Shown one piece after another: positions 31,479 through 41,954 of a stretch of 64,000 nucleotides of DNA. The position numbers and the translations under genes are program-made. The notes under the pieces were generated by a model. The model was not told the DNA's origin. It searched no databases and saw nothing but the letters and a program-made list of their open reading frames with translations. Source of the DNA: Nostoc sp. (GTDB lineage Bacteria; Cyanobacteriota; Cyanobacteriia; Cyanobacteriales; Nostocaceae); assembly GCA_036918135.1 (NCBI GenBank), contig JBALDB010000029.1:67207-131206 (forward strand). Direction: 5' to 3'. Position 1 is the first letter of the stretch. Each line of letters begins with the position of its first letter.

Positions 31479-31494
31479 GTACGGGTTCCCGAAC
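31479..31494 (-). promoter_or_regulatory. K-box of groESL promoter
   Basis: Minus strand GTTCGGGAACCCGTAC fits GTTCGG-NNAN-CCNNAC. Confidence 0.85.
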
Positions 31495-31760
31495 TAGAAT
31501 ATCTTCGGTGTACTTAAGTATAAATGCTTAATTATTTTGAGTTTTCAGGTTCTGTTCCGGAAGTTACGAATATTTTTATAGGGAGTAGGCAACTCTGGTT
31601 CCCTACGAAGTGGAGATTAAGAGCATAGGGACTAGGGTGTGTTTTTCTAACCTAATCCGCAATACCTAATACCCAATTTCCAATCCCTATTCCCCTTCTC
31701 AGTAAACTTTATTTGCAAAGCTTGGAAATTGTTATAGAACTGTAATCAGGGAGCCGTTCG

Positions 31761-32226
31761 ATGAGTAACAATAAAGTGATCCAGACAAGCCATCAAATCC
31801 CCAAAACCACAAAGTCTCTTGAATATAAAGCCCTGAGTAATTGTGTTGAAAGTTTAGGATTGGCAAAAATTCAGCCACATATTTTTATTTGTGGCGATCG
31901 AACAATTGCTAACTGCTGCTCAAAACGAGCTAGTCTGGAATCTTGGGAATACTTAAAAAAGCGACTTTAAGAGTTCAAACTCGCCAAGCTGCAAGAAAGT
32001 CATCCCATTTGTGTCTTTAAAACTAAAGGCAATTGCTTGCAGGTTTATTGTTCTAGACCCATAATGGTGGTCTACCGTGATGGAGTCTCGTATCGTCAAG
32101 CAAACCCGGAAGTTATTGAAGCGGCTCTTCCAAGAACACTCAATAGGCAATAAGGTGATAGAAAAATATGCATTTTTAACCCATCCTTTGCCAGAAACTT
32201 CCTGGTTTCTTGTGAACATCTCATAG
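31761..32226 (+). pseudogene. Thioredoxin-like (2Fe-2S) ferredoxin pseudogene
   Basis: HIFICGD...CC...WEYLKKRL, in-frame TAA at 31968, then KGNCLQV...PIMVVY.DG..Y, frameshift near 32131 into RLFQEH..GNKVIEKYAF. Confidence 0.8.
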
Positions 32227-32559
32227 AGGCTTAACAACCGAAGGATATGTTATGGCAGTAAGCTTTAAGAAAGTGGGAGTTGGTTTTGAGGTAGGGTCAT
32301 CTTTAAGCCAGTACTTAACTAGTGAGTCAGAAAGATTATTATTTAATCAGTGTTTTTTAACTCGCCACTTTCAAAGCGATATATAATAGCGCATTATAGA
32401 TACTACTGCTATACGTATCCTTGCTGGACTTTTGCTATCGAGCTAGTAGTCTCTTGAAAGTGCTCGGCATTTTTGAGACTTTGAGACAGCAAAGGCAAGT
32501 TAAGTAGGAAAAAGGACACATCTCACATTACCCACCATAGAGGATAAATATTCAAGACC

Positions 32560-33240
32560 TTGATAGACCGAAGCGCGACAAGTGCCACTGCTATGAAAGA
32601 GCCCAGCATGAAAGATCACAAACGACTTCTATTGATTGATGATGACCCTAACCTCATCTTGCTGGTGAAGGATTACTTAGAATTCCGAGGATACGAAGTC
32701 ATCACCGCCGAAAATGGACGCGAAGCTCTGGAAATTTTAGAGCAAGATGTTCCAGACATGATTATCTGCGATGTGATGATGCCGGAAATGGACGGATATA
32801 CTTTTGTGGAACAAGTCCGGCAAAACGAACGCACCAGCTGGATTCCGGTTCTTTTCCTTTCAGCTAAGGGACAAAGTGCAGACCGAGTTAAGGGTCTGAA
32901 TAAAGGTGCTGATGTTTATATGGTCAAGCCCTTTGAACCAGAAGAACTCGTAGCGCAAGTTGAATCCTCACTGAAACAAACTATCCGTTGGAAAGAACAC
33001 CAAGCAAAAGGAGGTGAAAACGGTTCCCGTATCCAGGTTCCCTTCGATGTGCAGTTAACCCCAACCGAACTCAAAGTAGTCCAGTTTGTAGCTAGGGGTT
33101 TAGCTAACCGGGAAATTGCTGAAGAACTAAACGTTAGTCAGCGCACGGTTGAAAGCCATGTGTCCAATATGTTGGGCAAAACCAATCTCCATAACCGCAC
33201 TGAACTAGCGCGGTGGGCAATTGAAAATCAAATGGCTTAA
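32560..33240 (+). CDS. NarL/LuxR-family response regulator (Rre1/Ycf29-like)
   Basis: Receiver IDDD, DVMMP, KPF; LuxR HTH LTPTE...NREIA..L.VSQRTVESH; start may instead be ATG 32593 or 32608. Confidence 0.92.
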   Translation: MIDRSATSATAMKEPSMKDHKRLLLIDDDPNLILLVKDYLEFRGYEVITAENGREALEILEQDVPDMIICDVMMPEMDGYTFVEQVRQNERTSWIPVLFLSAKGQSADRVKGLNKGADVYMVKPFEPEELVAQVESSLKQTIRWKEHQAKGGENGSRIQVPFDVQLTPTELKVVQFVARGLANREIAEELNVSQRTVESHVSNMLGKTNLHNRTELARWAIENQMA

Positions 33241-33305
33241 ATCCAGTTAGGAGTTAAAAGTTAAGAGTTATGAATTTTTTAACTCCTAACTCCTAACTAA
33301 ATTTA

Positions 33306-33575
33306 TCACCCATCTTCTTCAGGATTGGATTGCGACAAAACTTCTAAATTCAGTTCATCCAGATGGGTTAAAGCGTTTTCAATCTGAGAAGTTGTTCCTC
33401 TAGTTCCAGTCTAAATAGCTATATTCTGGCACATTTATGCTTACCTGAGCATCAGTAACGATGGCTGTGACAAATAGTAATAAACCAGTCATATCATGAT
33501 TGGTTCTTTATGCAAATCTTTGGGAATGCGAACCTGAATACAAGTTGGGGTGCATCTATTATCTAAAATATCGTA
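33306..33575 (-). pseudogene. NIL-domain protein pseudogene
   Basis: Fragments IQVRIPKDLHKEPI and RGTTSQIENALTHLDELNLEV separated by a stop and frameshifts. Confidence 0.6.
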
Positions 33576-33593
33576 TTAAGTTTAACCTCTTTA

Positions 33594-33764
33594 TTTGAAA
33601 TAGCCAAAGGTAAAGCAGAAACAATAAGAAAGTTGACTTTAAATTTGTTGCAAATTGGAATGAGTCTAGAACAAATTACTCAAATTACTGAATTATCTAT
33701 TGAGCAAATTCAATTTGTTAGAAGAGAAGATTCAAAAATATTAATTTTTTTACTAATCGCTTAA
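33594..33764 (+). pseudogene. Remnant of Rpn-family (PD-(D/E)xK) C-terminal HTH
   Basis: GKAETIRKLTLNLLQIGMSLEQITQITELSIEQIQ; upstream in-frame stop at 33564. Confidence 0.5.
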
Positions 33765-33883
33765 TAAAATACGCTGTTATACAAGCAAAACCCGCATTGG
33801 CGGGTTTCAAAGTTTTTATTAATCCATTTAGAGGAACTTGGTTTGTGTAGAAACCATTATAATCACCTGGTTTTCAAATCAAA

Positions 33884-35275
33884 CTAAAACTCGGCACTTT
33901 GCGGTGTACGCGGGAAGGGTATTACATCACGAATATTTGTCATTCCAGTGATAAATTGGACGAGTCGTTCAAAACCCAAACCAAAACCAGCGTGAGGAAC
34001 AGTACCATAACGACGCAAATCGAGATACCACCACAACTCTTCTGGGTTTAATCCTTGCGCCAACACTCGGCGTTCTAGAACTTCTAGGCGTTCTTCACGC
34101 TGGGAACCACCAATAATTTCGCCAATTTTCGGTGCGAGAATATCCATTGCACGGACAGTTTTTTCATCGTCGTTCAAACGCATATAAAAAGCTTTAATTT
34201 TCGCTGGATAATCTGTAACGATTACTGGCTTTTTAAATAATTGTTCAGCTAGGTAACGTTCGTGTTCTGATTGTAAATCTAACCCCCAGTTTACAGGATA
34301 TTCAAATTTGATATCGGCTTTTTCTAAAAGTGCGATCGCTTCTGTATAAGTTAAGCGTTCAAATTGATTGTTAATAATATTATCGGCAGTTGCCAGCACA
34401 GAATTATCTATGCGCTGATTAAAAAATTCCATATCTTCTGGGCAAGTTTCTAACACATATTTAAAAATATGCTTGAGAAATGCCTCAGCTAAATCCATAT
34501 CACCTTCTAAGTCACAAAAAGCCATTTCTGGCTCAACCATCCAAAATTCTGCTAAGTGGCGCGACGTGTTAGAATTTTCTGCGCGGAAGGTAGGGCCAAA
34601 TGTATAAACGTTGCTAAACGCCATTGCCATAATTTCTGCTTCCAACTGGCCGCTAACTGTTAAGTATGTAGGTTTAGCAAAAAAGTCTTGGCTGTAATCT
34701 ATTGCTTGGTTTTCTGTGCGCGGAATATTTTTTAAATCAAAACTAGTAACGCTAAAAAGTTCTCCTGCGCCTTCACAGTCGCTAGCAGTAATAATGGGTG
34801 TATGTACCCATAAAAAACCTCTCTGTTGGAAGAATTGGTGAATTGCTGTTGAGCAAGCATTTCTAACGCGGAAAACTGCACCAAAAGAATTAGTACGCGA
34901 TCGCAAATGTCCAATGGTTCGTAGAAACTCAAAGGAATGACGCTTCTTTTGCAGGGGATATGTATCGGGATCGGCTTCTCCATAAACTTTCATCGTCTGG
35001 GCTTTCAACTCAATTCGCTGTCCTTTCCCCAGAGAAGCTACTAGTACCCCTGTTACTTCAACAGCAGCACCTGTATTCAATTTTTTCAATATAATTTCGT
35101 AGTCTGGCAAATCCTGATTGATGACGACTTGCAAATTAGCTAGCGATGAGCCGTCATTGACTTCAATAAAAGCGAACCCTTTCGATTCGCGCTTTGTCCG
35201 TACCCAGCCTTGGACTTCGAGGGACTCATCAGGTTGACCACTTCGCAATATTTCTGCAATCCGTCGATTTACCAT
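33884..35275 (-). CDS. asnS: Asparagine--tRNA ligase
   Basis: [35 protein letters not shown]. Confidence 0.98.
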   Translation of the reverse strand: MVNRRIAEILRSGQPDESLEVQGWVRTKRESKGFAFIEVNDGSSLANLQVVINQDLPDYEIILKKLNTGAAVEVTGVLVASLGKGQRIELKAQTMKVYGEADPDTYPLQKKRHSFEFLRTIGHLRSRTNSFGAVFRVRNACSTAIHQFFQQRGFLWVHTPIITASDCEGAGELFSVTSFDLKNIPRTENQAIDYSQDFFAKPTYLTVSGQLEAEIMAMAFSNVYTFGPTFRAENSNTSRHLAEFWMVEPEMAFCDLEGDMDLAEAFLKHIFKYVLETCPEDMEFFNQRIDNSVLATADNIINNQFERLTYTEAIALLEKADIKFEYPVNWGLDLQSEHERYLAEQLFKKPVIVTDYPAKIKAFYMRLNDDEKTVRAMDILAPKIGEIIGGSQREERLEVLERRVLAQGLNPEELWWYLDLRRYGTVPHAGFGLGFERLVQFITGMTNIRDVIPFPRTPQSAEF

Positions 35276-35277
35276 AT

Positions 35278-35640
35278 TTACCCAGCATAAGACTTTAATA
35301 TCCAGCCTATGATAACGCCCATTCCACCAAAGCGGACGACTTGCCAGAAAGGTTTTTTAAGGCTACGCCAAGAAAATAACTGGCTTTCTAATTTCAGTTC
35401 TAGCATTTCTAACTGCTGTTGAATTTGCCTTAACTCTGCTTTGATTTCGGGTGTCTGAGATTTATTGTGCTTGAGTCGATCCCGACGCTGTTGCCATTGT
35501 GCCTGTTGTTGGCGATCGCGTTCCACTTGATGGTAACGTTCTTTTAATGATGAGAGCGATCGTTCTACTTCCTCGATTTCTTGCGACAAATCTGGTTCGG
35601 GATTTTCCCCTGACGGTTGTGATTTTTGAGACGGCTTCAT
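35278..35640 (-). CDS. Hypothetical coiled-coil protein with C-terminal membrane segment
   Basis: Q/E-rich helix then [16 protein letters not shown]; abuts asnS. Confidence 0.75.
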   Translation of the reverse strand: MKPSQKSQPSGENPEPDLSQEIEEVERSLSSLKERYHQVERDRQQQAQWQQRRDRLKHNKSQTPEIKAELRQIQQQLEMLELKLESQLFSWRSLKKPFWQVVRFGGMGVIIGWILKSYAG

Positions 35641-35872
35641 TTACAAGTAGTAAACTAAGATTAAAAGTCAATTGTCATTTGTTATTAATCATTTGTCATT
35701 GGTGAATCGATAAAGGACAAGTGACAAAGCATAAAATCTCCTGCCAGCTTTGGGACTATCAAAGGTTACTCAAGGGTAGTTCCTTTAAGTGGGAGAAAAG
35801 AGCTAACGGACTACCTCAACTTTGTAAGATCCGACAAATGACAAATTTATAAAGGACAAAGGACTTCAAATT

Positions 35873-36154
35873 ATGTCTCAATCTACCCAGCTGCCGAAAA
35901 CCAGTCAACTGAATGATTTTAGTACTTTAGAACTAGCCCAAGCCCTAATGCAAAGACTGAGTATCTCTCCTGACGATTGGCATCGCCTCAAGTCTAACCG
36001 CAATTCTCGCGCCAATGAACAAATAGCAGCAGCTCTTGTTTATCTTTTGAACAATCAGCCACAAGAAGCTCAAGCTAGATTAGAACAAGCAGTTGGTTGG
36101 CTAGATCGCTCTATTTCTGCTCCTCCGTGTCCAACTCACGGTAACAATAGATGA
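35873..36154 (+). CDS. Conserved cyanobacterial protein (DUF6439-like)
   Basis: DWHRLKSNR and PPCPTHG motifs. Confidence 0.75.
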   Translation: MSQSTQLPKTSQLNDFSTLELAQALMQRLSISPDDWHRLKSNRNSRANEQIAAALVYLLNNQPQEAQARLEQAVGWLDRSISAPPCPTHGNNR

Positions 36155-36243
36155 AGACGCACTGATGCCAAACACGAAGACGCGGGAAATCTCCTGAATA
36201 ATTTCTTCGCGTCTTCCACTTTTTGCCTCAGAGCGTCTTTTTT

Positions 36244-36693
36244 TCAACGTCGCAGAGATAATCCCCGACGATTTTCCATTTGTTTACAAAGCCTTAATTC
36301 TGTGCCTTTGCGATTCCACTCTACCTGATCGAAAATTTGATGCAGAAGACATAAACCCCGACCACTTTCTGCTTCATCTGGTGGCAAATAGTCCGTTGGT
36401 TCTTCATCGCTAATCTGCGAGGGAGTAAAGCCGCTACCCTGGTCTGAAATTATCCACCAATATTGATTATCTATTAAGGAAAAACGGACTACAACTGTTT
36501 TACTCGGATCGAGATTATTGCCATGCTTAGCTGCATTGACTAAGGCTTCTTGAAGCCCTAAACGTAGTTCGGATTGTAATTTTGCTGGGATTTCTGCCAA
36601 CAATAAATCTAATATTGGACAAAGATAGAGGGTTGAGGCAAAACTAATAGTGCCCCAATAGCGTCCAACTGGACGGAGCGAAATTGTAATCAC
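36244..36693 (-). CDS. pmgA: RsbW-like anti-sigma/kinase PmgA
   Basis: LQEALVNAAKHGN, DQGSGF, ESGRGL; FASTLYLCPIL N-terminal motif. Confidence 0.85.
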   Translation of the reverse strand: MITISLRPVGRYWGTISFASTLYLCPILDLLLAEIPAKLQSELRLGLQEALVNAAKHGNNLDPSKTVVVRFSLIDNQYWWIISDQGSGFTPSQISDEEPTDYLPPDEAESGRGLCLLHQIFDQVEWNRKGTELRLCKQMENRRGLSLRR

Positions 36694-37074
36694 TAGAGAA
36701 ACCCCATAGCTTTCAGTTAGCTAGACATCAGTTTGGTGTCACAGGCACCCTGATAAAAATTGAGGTGGTCATGCTGCCTTCAAACTTGCGTCTTTAAAAC
36801 TAAATTTTGAAAATGCTAGGGAGCATTGACTCTATAAATGAGTTAGGATTGCTTAGATATATAATGGCCTAAATAGATTTGATAATGGAGTTAGCAACTT
36901 AAAAAGCTGCTAGTAATTTTCTAGAGTATTAGAATACTCTAATTTTATTGGCAATTTTTAATTTACACAATCCCATTCATATTTTTAAGAGCCGATGCAA
37001 CTTGAATTTATTTAAACAAAATCAATTTCTATTTTTAGCTTAATTCGATTTTAGCATTGTTAGTATGCACTAGA

Positions 37075-38490
37075 CTACAAATTTGAAATTTCAGTTTTTT
37101 TAAAGAAGTCAGCATTCTTATCCAAATGCGATCGCACAAGAAAGGCGGCAGCTTCCACATGAGCAGTTTGAGGAAAAAAATCAGCGGGTTGTACCCGTGC
37201 TATTTTATATTGCCCATCTTGACAAAGCAATTTCAGGTCGCGGGCGAGGGTGGCTACTTTACAGCTGACGTAAACAATCCTATATGGTTTCAACTGCCGT
37301 AAAGTATCTATAACAGCGCGATCGCACCCCTTACGTGGCGGATCGAGTATTACGACTTCCGGTATTGTGCCCATTTTTGGCAGCAATTTTTCAACCGCGC
37401 CGACTTGGAATGTTACATTATTAATTTCATTGCGCTGGGCATTGAAAATAGCTTGTTCCACGGCTGCTGGTTGCACTTCTAAGCCTATAGCTTGTCGTAC
37501 TTGTTTGGCGAGAGGCAAAGTTAAAGTGCCGATACCGCAGTAGGCATCAACTAGGAATTCATGCCCTTGAAGATTGAGTTCTGACTGAATTACCTGCAAT
37601 AGTGCCTCTGCTGTTTCTGTATAAACTTGGAAAAATGTATCTGGGCGGACTTGAAATTCCAGTCCAGCGAATTTTTCACGCAGGTGGGGGACTCCAGCGA
37701 TGCAACGGGTTTCTATTCCAAAGATAGCATTTGTGCGATCGAAGTTGCGATTCAAAGAGACTCCCGTTAACTGGGGATAACGCTTTAACCATTCCTGGGC
37801 TTGGCTTTCAATTCCTGGTAAATTCCAGTCCTTGACCACCAAAGTCAGCAACATTTCTCCAGTGTGGCGGCCAATGCGTAAACTCAAATGGCGAATTTGC
37901 CCAAGGTGGCGCTGTTCGTCATAAATTTGCCAACCCTGCTGTTGGATATCTTGCTTAACTTCGGCAAGCATGGGATTTAAACGCGCATCTTGGACTGGAC
38001 ATTGATTTAAGTTAATTAATTGATGACTACCTTTTTGGTAGTAACCAGCTTGTACCTGTCCTGTTGCCGATTTCCCTAGAGGATAGGTAGATTTATTCCG
38101 ATAGCCAAAAGCAGAAGCAGCAGCCAGTACGGGATCTACTGGTGGGTGGATAAAACCACCAATGCGTTCCATTGCTTGGATAACTTGATTTTGTTTAGCT
38201 GCTAGCTGGTATTCATAATTAATGTGCTGCCACTGGCAACCACCACACTTATCCGCCACAATACAACCAGGGCGGATGCGATGGGGAGATGGTTGCAATA
38301 ACTGCTGGAGCTTAGCGTGGGCATATTTTGGTTTAACATATACTAAGCGGACAAGAGCGCGATCGCCTGGTACAGTATCAGGGACAAATACTACTCTTTC
38401 GTTAGCACGTCCCACACCATCGCCAGTATCAGTCAAGTCAGCGATAGTGACTTCAATTAATTCACCTTGTTGCCAAATTATTTTTGTCAT
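37075..38490 (-). CDS. rlmD: 23S rRNA (uracil-1939-C5)-methyltransferase
   Basis: TRAM N-terminus, CGGCQWQH, DAYCGIG, DPPRKG, DFFPQTAHVE. Confidence 0.93.
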   Translation of the reverse strand: MTKIIWQQGELIEVTIADLTDTGDGVGRANERVVFVPDTVPGDRALVRLVYVKPKYAHAKLQQLLQPSPHRIRPGCIVADKCGGCQWQHINYEYQLAAKQNQVIQAMERIGGFIHPPVDPVLAAASAFGYRNKSTYPLGKSATGQVQAGYYQKGSHQLINLNQCPVQDARLNPMLAEVKQDIQQQGWQIYDEQRHLGQIRHLSLRIGRHTGEMLLTLVVKDWNLPGIESQAQEWLKRYPQLTGVSLNRNFDRTNAIFGIETRCIAGVPHLREKFAGLEFQVRPDTFFQVYTETAEALLQVIQSELNLQGHEFLVDAYCGIGTLTLPLAKQVRQAIGLEVQPAAVEQAIFNAQRNEINNVTFQVGAVEKLLPKMGTIPEVVILDPPRKGCDRAVIDTLRQLKPYRIVYVSCKVATLARDLKLLCQDGQYKIARVQPADFFPQTAHVEAAAFLVRSHLDKNADFFKKTEISNL

Positions 38491-38701
38491 TTGTCATTTA
38501 TTATTGGTCATTGATAGTTAGTTATTTCCCTATCTCCCCATCTCCCGGTTGGTGAGTTTCGACTACCGCGTAGTCGAACCACATCTCCCTCATCCTTTAC
38601 CCAAACGTGTAAATTCAATACATAAGTAGCTCCTATCCCTTCACTTGTGTACCTCAGACTCGCTAAACTAGCAGATAATATTTAAGGTGATTTCAATCAT
38701 C

Positions 38702-39187
38702 ATGACTGTAATTAGCCAAGTTATTCTCAGAGCCGACGACGAACTGCGTTATCCCAGCAGTGGCGAACTTAAAAATATCAAAGACTTTTTGCAAACAGGC
38801 GTACAACGGACGCGCATTGCTGCTACCTTAGCTGAAAATGAAAAAAAGATAGTTCAGGAAGCAACCAAACAACTTTGGCAAAAGCGTCCTGACTTTATCT
38901 CTCCCGGTGGTAATGCTTACGGTGAACGTCAACGTTCTCTATGTATCCGTGATTTTGGCTGGTACTTACGCTTAATCACTTATGGTGTACTTGCTGGTGA
39001 CAAAGAGCCAATTGAAAAAATCGGTTTGATTGGTGTGCGGGAAATGTACAACTCATTGGGCGTTCCTGTACCTGGAATGGTAGAAGCAATTAATTCTCTT
39101 AAAACAGCGGCTCTTGACTTACTAAGTGCAGAAGATGCTGCCCAAGCTTCGCCATACTTTGATTACATCATTCAAGCGATGTCTTAG
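38702..39187 (+). CDS. apcD: Allophycocyanin alpha-B subunit
   Basis: [25 protein letters not shown]; 161 aa from ATG at 38702. Confidence 0.96.
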   Translation: MTVISQVILRADDELRYPSSGELKNIKDFLQTGVQRTRIAATLAENEKKIVQEATKQLWQKRPDFISPGGNAYGERQRSLCIRDFGWYLRLITYGVLAGDKEPIEKIGLIGVREMYNSLGVPVPGMVEAINSLKTAALDLLSAEDAAQASPYFDYIIQAMS

Positions 39188-39421
39188 TACAAAGTGTGTG
39201 CTAATTCTAAGAGTATACTTTTGCTCTACTAGAGTAAGTGTAAAGTTTTAGCACTCGATAGGTATAAGATTACCAATTTCATCCTAACTTCCCTACATTT
39301 GGTAGTGACTCTGGCTAAATCTGTGTCAAGTTACTAACCAGTTGTGGGGAAATTTTATTTGGACATGAGGTATGGAAAGATGAAGTAAAAAACTAATGCC
39401 CAAAAACCAATGACAAATGAC

Positions 39422-39534
39422 AAAAAACCGACAGTCCTTGATGAAGGCTGTCGGTAACTAGTGTGTTCCCTATTAATGACTCGGCTAGAGTTCAGTTGTC
39501 TTTAATTATGCCCACCTGGCACTTGCAGGGAGAC
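39422..39534 (-). ncRNA. Probable small RNA (NsrR1-like)
   Basis: Minus-strand TATGAT -10 at 39542-39547, no ORF, terminator ACCGACAG...CTGTCGGTTTTTT; convergent with apcD; identity from memory, not aligned. Confidence 0.55.
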
Positions 39535-39662
39535 GATCTTAATCATACGTAAGTGTGATTGTCGTCACTTGATTGTTAAAGCTAAACTGCATACACCCGA
39601 ATAATCTCTGAGTTCCAGTAAATCTATGCAAGTTAGTAGCTAAGAGTATATATTCTGGTAGA

Positions 39663-39748
39663 TACAGCCGTAGTCACACTCTTTAGGACATTTTGAAAGG
39701 GTGAAACAAGAGAGTTAGCAATAGTTTTACCTCCTGCCTCCTGCTATA
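39663..39748 (+). repeat. Dispersed TATAGC...GCTATA miniature element, copy D
   Basis: TACAGCCGTAGTCACAC...TTAGGACAT...TTTTACCTCCTGCCTCCTGCTATA. Confidence 0.75.
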
Positions 39749-39823
39749 CTTTTTCAGCTTAAGAGCAAACAATACCAATTAGACACTCAGGGGTTAAAAC
39801 ACGAGATCGAAGAATTAACAAAC

Positions 39824-41557
39824 CTATGCCCCGTTTGCCAAAGTGCTGTAAGAAAAAGAGCTATCTGCAAAGATAAATTTCTCAAAGCCAGTGGTAGACA
39901 AGCTAATGGAGTTTCCATTGTTGTTGAAACTGATGATGGCAGAATTAAGAGTATTGCCAGAAATAACACCAGATACAATCAGTTCAGAGCGATTAAAAGC
40001 TCCGAGATCGAGGGTGTCAAAACCGTTTCCGCCATCAACAGTTGCTTCCCCGAAACCTTTGAAGTAATCATTTCCACAGCCCAGAGCAATGTTGATGCCG
40101 CCACCAATAGAGACTTTCTGTTGAACTCCATCTAGGGTACTGGTGGCGATAATTTTGTCATTGCCATTGCCAGTCTTGATGATTCCTTGTCCATAAATGC
40201 CATAAGCAGTACCACCAATTGTTGCAGTAGCCTGTCCAGTAAGGATATCAGAACCCTTGTCAGTATCAATCACTCCATCGTTGACGATGCCATAGGCAGT
40301 GGAGTTCGTTCCAGAACTGTTTCCATAACCGATAATCGTGTCGTTGCCGCACCCTGTAGTAATGGTGGCGTCTTTAATGTTTTGGATGCCGATTCCAGCA
40401 CCGCCATTGCCGAGGCCGTTAGGACTGGTGCCACCATTACCGCCGTTGCCTGTGCCGGCGATCGTGTCGTTTGCGTCTCCTGTATTCAAACTACCACTAT
40501 TGGTGATGCCTGTCCCAGTACCACCGTTAGCGCCATTGCCGAATTCCTCATTGTTACCCTTTTCGCCACCGCTGCCGCCAGTACCTGTGCCAGCGATAGT
40601 GTCTTCTCCGTCTCCGGTATCCAGTTTCTTACTGTTAGTGATACCAGTTCCAGTACCGCCATCACCGCCGTTGAAAAACCCCCTGCCGCCTTCGCCCCCC
40701 TTCCCTGTACCAGCGATCGCGTCTTTTCCGGAGCCTGTATTAATACTGCCACTGTTAGCGATACCGATTCCAGTAGCGCCATTCCTGCCGCCCTCGCCAG
40801 CAGCGCCGCTGCCGCCAGTACCTGTACCAGCGATGGTGTCATCTCCGTCTCCGGTATCCAGTTTCTTACTATTAATGATACCAGTTCCACTATCGCCACC
40901 GCCGCCGTCTCTGCCGCCGTCGCCCCCCTTCCCTGTACCAGCGATCGTGTCTTTTCCTGAGCCTGTATTAATACTGCCACTATTGGCGATGCCTGTCCCA
41001 GTACCACCATCGCCGCCCACGTAACCTCCACCACCTGTGCCGCCAGTAGCGGTGCCGGCGATCGCGTCGTTTCCATCTCCTGCATTAATACTGCCACTGT
41101 TAGCGATGCCGATTGCATTACCACCATTGCCGCCGAACTCACCCGAACCACCTGTGCCGGCGTTGCCTGTGCCAGCGATCGTGTCATTTCCATTTCCTGC
41201 ATTAATACTGCCACTATTAGTGATGCCTGTCCCAAAAGCACCATTGCCGCTGTAATCGTTGAAGCCGTCACTCCCACTGCCGCCGTTGCCTGTGCCGGCG
41301 ATCGCGTCGTTTCCGTCTCCTGCATTAATATTGCCACTGTTAGCAATGCCTGTCCCAGAAGCACCATTGCTGCTCTGTTCGAGGCCGTTATCGCCAGTAG
41401 CGATGCCAGCGATCGTGTCTATTCCTGAGAGTGTACGAATGGAACCTCCAGTTAAAATATCAATACCAATTGCGGGTGATGCATTTAACTCTTCTCCGAT
41501 TAAAGTATCGGCATTGGCGGTGCCGATGAAATTAGGTGGAACGGTAAGTCTAGTCAT
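39824..41557 (-). CDS. Gly-rich repeat protein (RTX-like, probably secreted)
   Basis: Repeated GIxNSGSIxxGxGxDxIAGTGxGG units; GAGG RBS. Confidence 0.85.
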   Translation of the reverse strand: MTRLTVPPNFIGTANADTLIGEELNASPAIGIDILTGGSIRTLSGIDTIAGIATGDNGLEQSSNGASGTGIANSGNINAGDGNDAIAGTGNGGSGSDGFNDYSGNGAFGTGITNSGSINAGNGNDTIAGTGNAGTGGSGEFGGNGGNAIGIANSGSINAGDGNDAIAGTATGGTGGGGYVGGDGGTGTGIANSGSINTGSGKDTIAGTGKGGDGGRDGGGGDSGTGIINSKKLDTGDGDDTIAGTGTGGSGAAGEGGRNGATGIGIANSGSINTGSGKDAIAGTGKGGEGGRGFFNGGDGGTGTGITNSKKLDTGDGEDTIAGTGTGGSGGEKGNNEEFGNGANGGTGTGITNSGSLNTGDANDTIAGTGNGGNGGTSPNGLGNGGAGIGIQNIKDATITTGCGNDTIIGYGNSSGTNSTAYGIVNDGVIDTDKGSDILTGQATATIGGTAYGIYGQGIIKTGNGNDKIIATSTLDGVQQKVSIGGGINIALGCGNDYFKGFGEATVDGGNGFDTLDLGAFNRSELIVSGVISGNTLNSAIISFNNNGNSISLSTTGFEKFIFADSSFSYSTLANGA

Positions 41558-41954
41558 GATTAAAATCCTCTCAATTTGGTTACTAGGGATTTCCAGAAAA
41601 TAAAATGCCCAGCTGTTTCAAGGATATTGTTGCCAAAACCACCAGATTTTGGCGCTTTCACCTAGAGGGCGAAAGGACGGCTGAGCATCTTATTACTTGT
41701 AGGTGCCCTATGGTCGACTTTATGCACGTTACAAGAAAATTTTCTTAGTTTGTAAGTAACACTACATAAATAACAGCATAGTAGTAAGCAGTATTTCAGA
41801 ATTTCTAATCTATGATTTCAGACGTTTACGATATTTATTTAAGTAGATTTATTTAGCTGAACTGTACCGTATAGCCCCGATCTATCCTAAAGTTGCACCT
41901 ACAGGTTAAGTAAATCGATAGAATAATGCTCTGTACAATTGGTGCATTATTTCC

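Noticed and set aside
39198..39256. Second CIRCE-like sequence (GTGCTAA...TTAGCACTC)
   Set aside because: Half-sites are in the wrong order and spacing; more likely the apcD 3' hairpin
40187..41603. Long overlapping ORFs on alternative frames of the Gly-rich gene
   Set aside because: Shadow ORFs expected from GC-rich repetitive coding DNA
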